The position numbers and the translations under genes are program-made. Below the pieces are notes generated by a model, which searched no databases, had not been told where the DNA came from, and saw only the letters and a list, made by a program, of their open reading frames with translations. Shown here piece after piece: positions 17,190 through 25,864 of a stretch of 30,773 bases of DNA. This DNA is from a virus (Duplodnaviria > Caudoviricetes). The stretch spans positions 1-30,773 of the IMG/VR virus record IMGVR_UViG_3300013120_000077; one strand, 5' to 3'. Within the stretch, counting starts at the first letter, position 1. Each line of letters opens with the position of its first letter.

Positions 17190-18339
17190 CGAGGATCTCC
17201 TTTGCTTTCTCCGCTATCATCTCTGGGCTGATCTCCTTCATACAGTCCGGCTCGACGGCACAGAGGCCGTGCCTTTTCTGTTTCAGTGCCTGTGACTCTG
17301 CGAGGAGCGCGCCTGGCTGTGTCTTGAGTCGCCGTGCAGCATCTTGAATCGGAACCTTCTCCCGCTCTAGTTCCGCAATCTGCTTCTCGCGTGCGGAGAG
17401 TTGGTTGATCGCCCGCTTCTCTGACAGGCCACACCAACCACCCAGGGTGAAGCACGGTGAGCATGGCAGCTTCGATTGAATAGCGTGCGAGTTGGGATAG
17501 TCTCTCTCTCGTGTCCACCCCGGAACAGTGGTGTAGATGGTGAGTGTCGGCGTACCCAAAGCTGCGGCGATGTGCGAGTACCCGCTGTCGGCACTGATGA
17601 GGATGTCCATGTGTGATACCAGGGCGGCGGATTCACGTAACCCATGCTCCCCGGAAGTATCAACATCCTTCCTCCCCACCTTGTCGGTGATGATCCAATG
17701 CTTCCGGCTATCGTCAAAGAAGAGCACCTTGATGTTCGGATCGAGCACCCGGAGTCTGTCGGGCAGTTCGGTCTCACGATACCAAGTGCGTGCAAGGCTG
17801 GATGCGTGGAGGTGTATCCCCACAACCCGCTCGCCCGGCTTCTTCGCTATGCGCTCCTTCGCCCATTCCCGCTCTTCGTCTGTCAGCACGAACCCCGGCA
17901 CCTTGTCCTCTACCGTGGTGGGGTCGATATGACACCACCCCAGCGCCATGTCAACCCAGTGCGTGTAGTTGGAACTCATGGACTCGCGCCATGGGCCGTC
18001 GGTGGGCGCGAGGTGCATCCACAGCTCGGGGCTGTTGCGCTCAATCGAGAACTTGAGATCGAACACGAGATCGTAGTTGCCCTTGATGCTCTCTAGTGAC
18101 ACCCACCCATTGTCGCGCTGGATGCAGTCTATGTTCGTCGGTGGAAACCGCTTCACTGGCAGGATCTTGTCGAACGTCTTGTCCTTCACGAACAGGTCCG
18201 CAATCTCCGAGCGCACGGCGAAGTGGATGCGGCAGTGCTTGTACTTCTTCTTCAGCTCGCGTGCGTTGATGTTCATAATCACGCTGTCGCCGATCCCGCC
18301 GTACCGTACAATCAGGATCTTCTTAGCACCCTTCCGCAT
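17176..18339 (-). CDS. GT9-family (ADP-heptose heptosyltransferase-like) glycosyltransferase
   Basis: KILIVRYGGIGDS, ISADSGYSHIAAALGTPTLTIY and PCSPCF...CMKEISPE motifs. Confidence 0.9.
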   Translation of the reverse strand: MRKGAKKILIVRYGGIGDSVIMNINARELKKKYKHCRIHFAVRSEIADLFVKDKTFDKILPVKRFPPTNIDCIQRDNGWVSLESIKGNYDLVFDLKFSIERNSPELWMHLAPTDGPWRESMSSNYTHWVDMALGWCHIDPTTVEDKVPGFVLTDEEREWAKERIAKKPGERVVGIHLHASSLARTWYRETELPDRLRVLDPNIKVLFFDDSRKHWIITDKVGRKDVDTSGEHGLRESAALVSHMDILISADSGYSHIAAALGTPTLTIYTTVPGWTRERDYPNSHAIQSKLPCSPCFTLGGWCGLSEKRAINQLSAREKQIAELEREKVPIQDAARRLKTQPGALLAESQALKQKRHGLCAVEPDCMKEISPEMIAEKAKEILDVEA

Positions 18340-19054
18340 CGTTCGCCCCCTCAGGCAGGATGTCAGGATAGGTCTCAGTTCCCGCGTTTGGATCGAGCCT
18401 TGTCATATCAACCCCATATTCACGTCCAACGCCTAGAAGACTCTTCACCCGCTTGGCGAAGTTCTCCTCAAGCTGTCGCATCTGTGGATCGTTCTGAAGC
18501 GCACGGTTCTTCGATGCGTTCTCGACGCCGGCCAGTGTCCGCTCGTGAACGATAGCGCCGGTAGTGACCCACATCTGCTTCGGTGATCCGATCTCCGGGT
18601 GGGTGTGCATCCGGTCGCCGTAGCGCAGCACGCCCTTCTTGAACAGGCGCGGCTGCCAGTCGTCGCCGAGGATAGGGAAGATGTCGGTACCGTCGATGTA
18701 GTTCTCGCGCCTGAGCCAGTAGAGATCAACACCATGCGAATCATCGGCAAGGCGGGGCAGAATCTTCGCCAGCTTCTCGCTGAATACCTCATCCACGTCG
18801 AGCGTGAGAACCCACTTGTTCTGTGCCTGCGCGTATGCCCACGTCCTGTCGGGATCCGGGAACCCCTTGCGCCTCCGCGTGAGAACGTGGTCTGCCAGTC
18901 GTTCGGCAACAGCGCGAGTGTCGTCGGTCGAGGACTGGTCAACCACAAGGATCTCACCGCCATCCCCGATTATCTGCCGCACGGTGAGCAGTAGTTCGCT
19001 CAGTCGCTCGGCATCGTTGTAGACGAAGGTTACAAACGTGATCGGCTCGCGCAC
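18323..19054 (-). CDS. GT2-family glycosyltransferase (beta-1,4-glucosyltransferase-like)
   Basis: EILVVDQSSTDDT, WVLTLDVDE, DWQPRLF and MH motifs. Confidence 0.92.
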   Translation of the reverse strand: MREPITFVTFVYNDAERLSELLLTVRQIIGDGGEILVVDQSSTDDTRAVAERLADHVLTRRRKGFPDPDRTWAYAQAQNKWVLTLDVDEVFSEKLAKILPRLADDSHGVDLYWLRRENYIDGTDIFPILGDDWQPRLFKKGVLRYGDRMHTHPEIGSPKQMWVTTGAIVHERTLAGVENASKNRALQNDPQMRQLEENFAKRVKSLLGVGREYGVDMTRLDPNAGTETYPDILPEGANDAEGC

Positions 19055-19064
19055 GATTCCCTCC

Positions 19065-19676
19065 CTAGGATCCCCTCTTGTCCTGAGTGTCGTACTTCAC
19101 CGCCGTCGGTCCAACGTAGTGGGCCATGTACTCCAGGCTCGCCCGCAGAAGCGCCAGCGTCCCCAGCGGCCCCGGCGCACCGTTGATCGCCTGCTGGAAC
19201 TCCATGAAGAGCGTGTGCCCCGGCGAGACTGTACCGAACGTCCCACTTGTGAGATCCATCGCCCATGTACCATTGTGCATGCAGTAAGATGTCGTACCCT
19301 CGTCGCCGATAACCGTTGTCGCCGAGAGCGCGGTGCTCTTTGTCCCGTGTGGGCTGTCCCAATCCTGCGCCACCCAGTACAGGAACCGTAGGTTGAAAGT
19401 CCCATCCTTGAAGTCGCCCGTCGGGTACTGCGCCCATGTGAGGCGGAGAACGATGTTGCTTGTCCCGTCCCAGTCGGTCGGCACCGGCGCCGTCCACATA
19501 ACACGCGCCTTCTTTATAACCGTCCATGGTTGCATGGTGAGGGCAAAGACTGTGCCTGGGCACGCCGTAGATGTCAGTTTCTCCTCACCACATCCCGGCG
19601 TGCGGTCGTTACTGTAGTCAAGCGGCAGTTCAAGGAACTTCTTGTGCCAGATATGTGGGAAAAAGGCGTCAGGCAT
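19065..19676 (-). CDS. Putative head decoration/virion protein (paralog of 19731..20375)
   Basis: WTAPVPTDWDGTSNIVLRLTWAQ resembles FTAPIPSNWSGDSNFRMVLWFAQ in its neighbour. Gly-Thr rich. Confidence 0.65.
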   Translation of the reverse strand: MPDAFFPHIWHKKFLELPLDYSNDRTPGCGEEKLTSTACPGTVFALTMQPWTVIKKARVMWTAPVPTDWDGTSNIVLRLTWAQYPTGDFKDGTFNLRFLYWVAQDWDSPHGTKSTALSATTVIGDEGTTSYCMHNGTWAMDLTSGTFGTVSPGHTLFMEFQQAINGAPGPLGTLALLRASLEYMAHYVGPTAVKYDTQDKRGS

Positions 19677-19692
19677 TTCTCACCTCTGTTCT

Positions 19693-19721
19693 GGGGGTGG
19701 CCGCAGATTGCGGCCACCCCC
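19693..19721. terminator. Perfect 13-bp GC hairpin (terminator or mRNA stabiliser)
   Basis: gggggtggccgca-gat-tgcggccaccccc between two head genes. No U-tract on the minus strand. Confidence 0.5.
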
Positions 19722-19730
19722 GCCTCGTTG

Positions 19731-20375
19731 CTAGTGTGCCGGTCGATCAACCGAGAGCTTCTTGGACGCGAGCGTACCCGAGACCGTACCACCGGCCTGC
19801 TCCGCCCAATATCCAATCTGCGCCCCGATCAGGAGCGCCTCTCCGGTTGTACCGAGGGTCCGCCTGTAGAGCTTGAACCCGAGCCATCCGCCCGCCTCAG
19901 CCGTACCGTGGCTGTTGCGGTAGGGGATGTCGATCTCGAGTTGGTGCTCGTAATACTGCACGGTCCCGTCGGCCCCGAGCGTCAGTGTGCCATCAACCGT
20001 CTGGAAGGTTCCGCCCGCTTCATCTCCGAAGGCGACGTAACCATACTCCGCCCGCCAGGCATACTTCTCACCCGTCGTCTCCGCTGCCGCCTGTGCAAAC
20101 CACAGCACCATGCGGAAGTTGGAGTCGCCCGACCAGTTGGACGGGATGGGCGCTGTGAAGTTGACGTACTCCAAAGTCCCGGTGAGCGTGCCGGTAATTG
20201 GTGGCATCGAGAACGTCGGGAAGCAGCCGAGCATAACCGTAGTCGGCACGGTGCTCCCGCCGCTCGCCTCCGCCGGCGTCATTCCTCCGGTCAGCACTCC
20301 GAAGTAGTCGTAGAACGATCCGGTCAGTTCGTGGAGAGAGGGAGCTGCAATCCCACGGCATACGTTTCCGCCCAT
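19731..20375 (-). CDS. Putative head decoration/virion protein
   Basis: Directly follows the major capsid gene, with an AAAGGGGG RBS. Gly-Thr rich. Confidence 0.68.
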   Translation of the reverse strand: MGGNVCRGIAAPSLHELTGSFYDYFGVLTGGMTPAEASGGSTVPTTVMLGCFPTFSMPPITGTLTGTLEYVNFTAPIPSNWSGDSNFRMVLWFAQAAAETTGEKYAWRAEYGYVAFGDEAGGTFQTVDGTLTLGADGTVQYYEHQLEIDIPYRNSHGTAEAGGWLGFKLYRRTLGTTGEALLIGAQIGYWAEQAGGTVSGTLASKKLSVDRPAH

Positions 20376-20393
20376 GGTTGCCAGTCCCCCTTT

Positions 20394-21356
20394 CTAGGTG
20401 AATATCCGAATCGCGTGAGTGCCACTGTCGGCGTAGGCCTTCGCCATCCCAAGAACGGTCTTCCACTTCCATGCTTGGGCGCGGTTCGCGTCCTGCCCGA
20501 AGTCGGGGTAGTAGAAGAGCTCCATCGGACTTGAGACCGCCATTGCGAACGCATCTGCTCCGAACGCTATCGACGTACCCGCATCCTGGCCCATGTTCGT
20601 CTCGAAGATCACGAAATCCTCGAAAAGGCCAACCCGCGAGTTGAAGATGCCGTCTCCGTTGTTGTTGTAGAGCTGGAGGTTCTGCCAACCGACATCATTC
20701 TTCAGCCCTCGTGTCACTGCCGGACCCGCGATCAGGCCGTAGTACATCCCATATCCGGGGATCTCGATCTTCGGTACGACATGCTCCGCGTGGTCGCCCT
20801 GGAACTTGTCGTAGATCGTCCCGAGTACGTCACCGGACAGCGTGCCGGTCGGGTCTGTAGTCACGTCACCTGCCGGCTTGTCCTGAAACGCCGTGACCCC
20901 CGTATTCATGCAGATCGCGCAGTGCCGTGTGGTATGGAAGAGCGAGCCGACAAGCCAGTCCATCGTGTAAACGAAGTCCCGTGCGAGGCTCTCTTCCACC
21001 TGTGCGGGGATACTCGCGGCTGAGAGGTCAACGTAGATCCCCTCGGTGACAACGCCGTTACCGTACTCCGTAACGGTGATGTCCATCCGCGAACTCTCCT
21101 GCGTTCCAGTGTAGATACTCGTTCCCGGAACCAACGCAGCCGTACCTCTGTGGTGCGCGAGGTTCGTGAACATCGGGACGTGCAGCGTGTCGCCCGGTCC
21201 ACCACCAAGCTCTTCGTAGTAGGTGATGAACTGCGGGAACAACGCAAGCCCCATAGCGCGCCTGAGAACCTGCGTACTCCAGATCTCAGGAACAGTATTA
21301 CTGCCCCATGTAGACTTCTGAGTCAGGTCTACACCAACGTCGCCCGGCCAACCCAT
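20394..21356 (-). CDS. Major capsid protein (HK97 fold, N4-gp56/P22-coat-like)
   Basis: PEIWS, GDTLHVP, ITVTEYGNGV, RVGLFEDFVIFETN and DFGQ...AWK motifs. Follows the scaffold gene. Confidence 0.9.
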   Translation of the reverse strand: MGWPGDVGVDLTQKSTWGSNTVPEIWSTQVLRRAMGLALFPQFITYYEELGGGPGDTLHVPMFTNLAHHRGTAALVPGTSIYTGTQESSRMDITVTEYGNGVVTEGIYVDLSAASIPAQVEESLARDFVYTMDWLVGSLFHTTRHCAICMNTGVTAFQDKPAGDVTTDPTGTLSGDVLGTIYDKFQGDHAEHVVPKIEIPGYGMYYGLIAGPAVTRGLKNDVGWQNLQLYNNNGDGIFNSRVGLFEDFVIFETNMGQDAGTSIAFGADAFAMAVSSPMELFYYPDFGQDANRAQAWKWKTVLGMAKAYADSGTHAIRIFT

Positions 21357-21373
21357 CTACTTCACCCTCTTTC

Positions 21374-22057
21374 CTATTTGGGTGTCTTACGACTCACGCC
21401 CTGCTGCCACTTCGCCGCTATCGCCATAGGTGATTCCCCGGAGAAAGGCGTGGTACGCCGCCCGCCACTTGAGCTCACAGCCGGACTGCCCGGTGTGTCG
21501 CTCGGTGGCCCGTACTTGCGGAGCATCATCGTCTGCGCCTTCTCCATACCGTCCAGCGCGCTCTCGAGGAACTCATCTACATCGCCCTCGCCAGTCCAAG
21601 CCTCAAGGTATTCCGGCTTGATGAAGTCGGGGTAGACCGCAGTCTTTTCCGAACCCGGCAGAAGCCGCTCAAGGTTCTTCGTCAGGAGGCCCGTCATCAG
21701 ACTGGCCTGGCTGAGCTCGCCTGTGAGTCGTGTATTGTCTGTTGTCAGTGTCGTGTTGGAAAGCGTCAGCCTATCGACCTCGGACAGGTCAGCCGTGGCC
21801 TTCTCGGCTGCCGCCTTCTCGTATGCGTCAAACTTCTTGAGCTTCTTGCTCAGTTCTCCGTTCTTCACACTCAGGGCGACCCTGCGATAATCGTCAAGAT
21901 TCGCCGCATCCTTCGCACTCACAACCTTCATCCCTGAAGCCTCAAGTGCAAGGATCGCTTCGTTGTGCTTGTCCCTGTCAAAGGACGCGCCGGCCCCCGC
22001 CGGATCTTGGTCTGTGCCTTGGCTCCCGCCGTCAGTGATAATTTCGTCTGGCATCAT
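21374..22057 (-). CDS. Capsid scaffolding protein
   Basis: Coiled coil (LSEVDRL) with disordered ends, between portal and capsid. Confidence 0.75.
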   Translation of the reverse strand: MMPDEIITDGGSQGTDQDPAGAGASFDRDKHNEAILALEASGMKVVSAKDAANLDDYRRVALSVKNGELSKKLKKFDAYEKAAAEKATADLSEVDRLTLSNTTLTTDNTRLTGELSQASLMTGLLTKNLERLLPGSEKTAVYPDFIKPEYLEAWTGEGDVDEFLESALDGMEKAQTMMLRKYGPPSDTPGSPAVSSSGGRRTTPFSGESPMAIAAKWQQGVSRKTPK

Positions 22058-22080
22058 TCGCTCCCGCGTTGATGTACACC

Positions 22081-23610
22081 CTAGTCTGCCAACTCTCTTT
22101 GCACCTTATCTTGCTCTTGGCTCTTCTCACCTGCCGAGACGGCGCCCGAGCCACCACTGCCCCCGAAGTACCCTTTGTTCGCTCCGAACAGTGGGTCTTC
22201 TCTGCACTTTTCTTTATGTGCTTCAATCTGCTTGTCGGTCCAGAGCGGATGTAGTGTCCGAAGCTGGTCATCCCAGCTCCTAAGGCCGAGTTCCCTGTCT
22301 ACGCGCATACCCTCGGATTCAATGAAGCTATCGACCGGCAGGAACTTGGTCGGCCAGATGATCTCGACATCTCGGGACTCAAACCTTGCACCGTGGAGTT
22401 TTGTCAGGATCTCGAGGTCGCCCTGCATCCGCTCGCGCTCTGCCTTGCCAAACGTCTTCTGCTGCGCCAGTATCGCTCCCCGAGCCGGCGCGAACGCAAG
22501 CTCAAGGGCGGGGGCGCTCCGCAGGTCGCCGGCACCTTCCGCGAAGAACGCAATTTCCGGAAGGCTAGAGAGTGCCATCAGGAACACAAGCAGCTTGTCG
22601 CAGTGCCGGGATGAGGCCTCAATGTTCCCGTCCCATGTCAGATAACGAAGATCGTTCTCGTCCTTGCTGCCCGGAACCTCTACCGTTCGCCTTGTCCCGC
22701 GCACAAGCTCGTCGATTGAGAAACCGAAGGCAACAAGCATGGGCAGACTGTGGTACTCGATGATCGCGCCCTCGTCGGACATGCGCCGGTCAAGGAGCAG
22801 GTTGACGGCTGCGGCATCCTTGAAGTCGCTGATGCCGTAGGGCGTGACGGGGAGCTGGTAGTTCCGGTAGACCGAGAAGACCGCGTTGACGCTGCCGACC
22901 GGGTTCGCGCCCTTGTACCTCGCGTAGTTCATTGTATCTGGCTGGCCGTCTGTGCCGTTCTGGAGCTTCCCGTCTACCCAGACCAACCACTCGCTGTCTG
23001 TGATCCACTCTACATAGTCGTGGGGCTCGTTGAGTTCGCCCCTGCGTTGATCGACCACCGCCACACCCGACTTACCATCGTATGCGTAGTGGATGATAAC
23101 CTCTTTGATCTTGGTCGGCATCGCCGGGTAGTAGATGAGGGTGACATAGATGGAGTCCACGGTCTCATAGACAATTGGGATCTCCTCGCCCTCCGGAAAC
23201 TCAGACGGCTTGTAGCGTGCGATTGTATAGCCCGTCCCTGTCACGCCGGCTACGGTCTTGATCCCCTGCATGTGGACTGCCATGTCCGTGCGTTTCCAGA
23301 GCTTCTCCATGAGCCTTTGGGCCTCGGGGTCTTCGCACTTCCGTGTCACGTCGCGGCCATAGAGGTAGGTGGTCATCGTGTCCACAACGCGGCGGAGGAA
23401 GTTCAGGCTGTAGGCCTCGTTGGCAATGCGGTGCGCGTAGTCCTTGTCGTCTTCACCGTCGAACTTCGGGAAGAACCTGGTGTGTTTGTTCAGGTAGAGA
23501 TCCCACGCAACCGCGAAATCCCGGAACCTCTCTTCTTCGTGTTCATCGACGAGATCCATTACGTTTGCGAGAACCATGTCTTCTTCTCTGCTACGCCCCA
23601 AACCGCTCAC
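22081..23610 (-). CDS. Portal protein (SPP1 gp6-like)
   Basis: NFLRRVVDTMTTYLYG, GISDF, YLTWD and SAPAL motifs; 509 aa, after the terminase. Confidence 0.9.
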   Translation of the reverse strand: MSGLGRSREEDMVLANVMDLVDEHEEERFRDFAVAWDLYLNKHTRFFPKFDGEDDKDYAHRIANEAYSLNFLRRVVDTMTTYLYGRDVTRKCEDPEAQRLMEKLWKRTDMAVHMQGIKTVAGVTGTGYTIARYKPSEFPEGEEIPIVYETVDSIYVTLIYYPAMPTKIKEVIIHYAYDGKSGVAVVDQRRGELNEPHDYVEWITDSEWLVWVDGKLQNGTDGQPDTMNYARYKGANPVGSVNAVFSVYRNYQLPVTPYGISDFKDAAAVNLLLDRRMSDEGAIIEYHSLPMLVAFGFSIDELVRGTRRTVEVPGSKDENDLRYLTWDGNIEASSRHCDKLLVFLMALSSLPEIAFFAEGAGDLRSAPALELAFAPARGAILAQQKTFGKAERERMQGDLEILTKLHGARFESRDVEIIWPTKFLPVDSFIESEGMRVDRELGLRSWDDQLRTLHPLWTDKQIEAHKEKCREDPLFGANKGYFGGSGGSGAVSAGEKSQEQDKVQRELAD

Positions 23611-24224
23611 CCCGCCTTACGAATGATCGAGGTAATGAACTCCCCCGACCCGTGGTGTATCGTAGCGTCTATCCCGAGCGCGATGAGCCGCTCGACCATC
23701 TCCAGCGTCGTCTCTGGTGCGTGCCCCGCCCCGTAGTCGGGGTAGTTGCTCGTATGCAGGTCTTCGATAACGTACCAGCCGCCCGGACGCACGTGCGGCC
23801 AGAGGAACGCGAACGTCAACTGTTGCTGCCACATCGTGTGCCCACCATCGTCTACAATGAGATCGAAATACCCACCGAGATCCGGCGTTGTACATGGAGT
23901 CACAAACCATCGTGCGGTTCGCTTGGATTTGGCTATGCGTCGGAGGTCGGACAGTTTGCCTTGGTCGCCGATGAAAAACAGGAACCTGTCGTCGGTCGGC
24001 CACAAGCTCCTGTTACCTTCAACACCAAGATCCATCCCCACCACCTTAGCGTGCGGGAAGTAGTCGAGCCACATGTGGTGCGAAGCGCCGTCTTTGATGC
24101 CGACTTCCAACATCAAACCCAACCTGTCACGGTATTTCCCAAATTCCTCATCGTAGAAATCACAGAATCCATGGTCGGCCTTGTCGGAACCGTGCTTCAG
24201 TGCGAGTTCATGCAGAACACCCAT
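23607..24224 (-). CDS. Class I SAM-dependent (sugar O-)methyltransferase
   Basis: HGSDK..H, LEVGIKDGAS..MW..YFP, GDQ, FDLIVDDGGH and PGGWYVIEDL motifs. Confidence 0.9.
   Translation of the reverse strand: MGVLHELALKHGSDKADHGFCDFYDEEFGKYRDRLGLMLEVGIKDGASHHMWLDYFPHAKVVGMDLGVEGNRSLWPTDDRFLFFIGDQGKLSDLRRIAKSKRTARWFVTPCTTPDLGGYFDLIVDDGGHTMWQQQLTFAFLWPHVRPGGWYVIEDLHTSNYPDYGAGHAPETTLEMVERLIALGIDATIHHGSGEFITSIIRKAG
23884..23928. repeat. Exact 45-bp direct repeat, copy 1 (insertion in methyltransferase)
   Basis: ggcgttgtacatggagtcacaaaccatcgtgcggttcgcttggat is identical to 24495-24539. Confidence 0.95.
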
Positions 24225-24233
24225 TGTGCCTCC

Positions 24234-25790
24234 CTACCATATCTTCCCTGAGACGGTGCGAGCGGCTCCCTGAGCCATGTCGGCAGCCATCCAGTCGTAG
24301 ACCTCCGCGAAGAAGAAGTGATCTTCAGTATGCGTCTTGAGCCAGACAGCCCGCATGGGACGACCTTCTCTGGCAACAGCGACGCCCTCCTTGTTTGGGT
24401 CAATGAGAATGCGAGTCGGTGCCTGCATGTGTTTCGTATAGGTGGTGTCTGTGAGAAGTGACCGGGGGAGGAGGAGGTCTTCGCCGCTGGTGTAGGCGTT
24501 GTACATGGAGTCACAAACCATCGTGCGGTTCGCTTGGATACGGTGTTCGGAAGGTACGCGGCGGTACTCGTCTGTGATGTCGTGGAAGTAGCAGCGCCAG
24601 ACGTGCCGGCGGCCCTTCGCCATGTCCTCGCAGAACTTCTTGCTCGCCCTCTGCTCGGGCTGTGCATCAATGACCGCATCGCGGACATTCCAGGCGTTGA
24701 ACAGGCGTTCCAGATTCTCCCATGAGTCGGTCTCGACAGCCGCGAGAGCTTGTCGGCTCCCATTGGGCATTCTGCGTGAGATGCGGACATAGAAGACCTT
24801 GGGACCGACATCGACACCGGCTGTGATGTGCCAGCCCTTTTCGGGCTTCGCGTCTGGCAGCTTGGCGATTGCGGCGATGTCGTCACGGGTGATCTTGCTC
24901 CCCTCGGGCGTGTATGGCAGGCCGAGATCGTCATTGTAGAATGCCTGCTCGAATCGTCTGCTCTTGCTCCGTTTGTTCATCGCAACAAGGTCTGTGCGTT
25001 CGCACATGAGCTTGTTGATTTGGTAGCCGTGGGCCGAACGGCCCGGATGTCTCGGAACCCACTCGCCCATCGCAAGACGGTTCATGGGCTTCCTGCACTT
25101 GCGGCAGACCACCATCACCGTCGGCTTCTCGACTACGTTCTTCCACCAGTCGAGCGGCTGCCATTCGCCGCAATGCTCGCACTTCAGGTGCCACTCCCGC
25201 ATGTCCGACTCGATGTAGTGCTCGTTGATGCCGTACTCGGTGAAGGTCGGCGTCGAGACAATGCGGAGCCACTTCAGTAGTGAGTGCCCCAAACGTGCGG
25301 TAAGGCGTGGTACGTTCTCCTGTTTGTGCCCGTCGAGTTCGTCAATGAACACGCCGTCTGCGGCAACTGAGATGATCTGGCGGTAGTTCTGGGAACCGTT
25401 GAAGTACACGATCCCGTCGCGGATCATCTTCTGACCGGCGTTGGTCACACCCGAGACCGCGCTGCGGATGTGATCGGACATCATAATCGCCGGCTGTACC
25501 CGTGCGTGCGAGAACTTGTCCATCTGCTGCTGTGCGGGGAAGGCGTAGATGATCCTGAACCCGAGTTCCGCGAGAAAGAGGCTCAGGGCAACCAGAATCT
25601 CGCTCTCTCCGCACTGTGCCGACTTCTGCACACATACTTCTGGCACTGTCTCGTTCGCAATGTCGATCAGGTACGCATGGCCTACAAACGAGTACGGCTC
25701 CGTGGTCTCGGGTATGATGTAGTGTCGGAGCAGCCAGTCAAGGAATACCGCCGCGTCGAGCTTGGCGAGCTTGTCCTGCTGGGATCCCAT
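24234..25790 (-). CDS. terL: Terminase large subunit (lambda gpA-like)
   Basis: KSAQCGESE Walker A, FIDELD Walker B, STPT, CEHC..CRKC zinc finger and GVDVG nuclease motif. Confidence 0.93.
   Translation of the reverse strand: MGSQQDKLAKLDAAVFLDWLLRHYIIPETTEPYSFVGHAYLIDIANETVPEVCVQKSAQCGESEILVALSLFLAELGFRIIYAFPAQQQMDKFSHARVQPAIMMSDHIRSAVSGVTNAGQKMIRDGIVYFNGSQNYRQIISVAADGVFIDELDGHKQENVPRLTARLGHSLLKWLRIVSTPTFTEYGINEHYIESDMREWHLKCEHCGEWQPLDWWKNVVEKPTVMVVCRKCRKPMNRLAMGEWVPRHPGRSAHGYQINKLMCERTDLVAMNKRSKSRRFEQAFYNDDLGLPYTPEGSKITRDDIAAIAKLPDAKPEKGWHITAGVDVGPKVFYVRISRRMPNGSRQALAAVETDSWENLERLFNAWNVRDAVIDAQPEQRASKKFCEDMAKGRRHVWRCYFHDITDEYRRVPSEHRIQANRTMVCDSMYNAYTSGEDLLLPRSLLTDTTYTKHMQAPTRILIDPNKEGVAVAREGRPMRAVWLKTHTEDHFFFAEVYDWMAADMAQGAARTVSGKIW
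24495..24539. repeat. Exact 45-bp direct repeat, copy 2 (native terL sequence)
   Basis: Encodes IQANRTMVCDSMYNA in the terminase nuclease domain. Confidence 0.95.
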
Positions 25791-25834
25791 GTCGCTAAAT
25801 CCTTGACAGGACCATCGGTTACGCTTTGGTGGGG

Positions 25835-25864
25835 ATTATAACATGGGTAGTGGGGTTCTGTCAA
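25835..25864 (-). promoter_or_regulatory. Consensus sigma70 promoter for the terL/morphogenesis operon
   Basis: TTGACA (25864-25859), 18-bp spacer ending TGT, TATAAT (25840-25835): an extended -10, 45 bp upstream of the terL ATG. Confidence 0.8.

Noticed and set aside
19530-24251. Long plus-strand ORFs (e.g. 19530..20534, 22750..23736, 23343..24251)
   Set aside because: They are antisense shadows of well-supported minus-strand genes in GC-rich DNA and show no recognisable motifs.
23884-24539. 45-bp repeat pair as a DGR template/variable repeat or CRISPR unit
   Set aside because: The copies are identical with no adenine-specific mismatches, there are only two, and no reverse transcriptase or cas gene is in the window.
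25803-25831. Plus-strand promoter at TTGACA 25803
   Set aside because: There is no acceptable -10 hexamer at 16-18 bp spacing.
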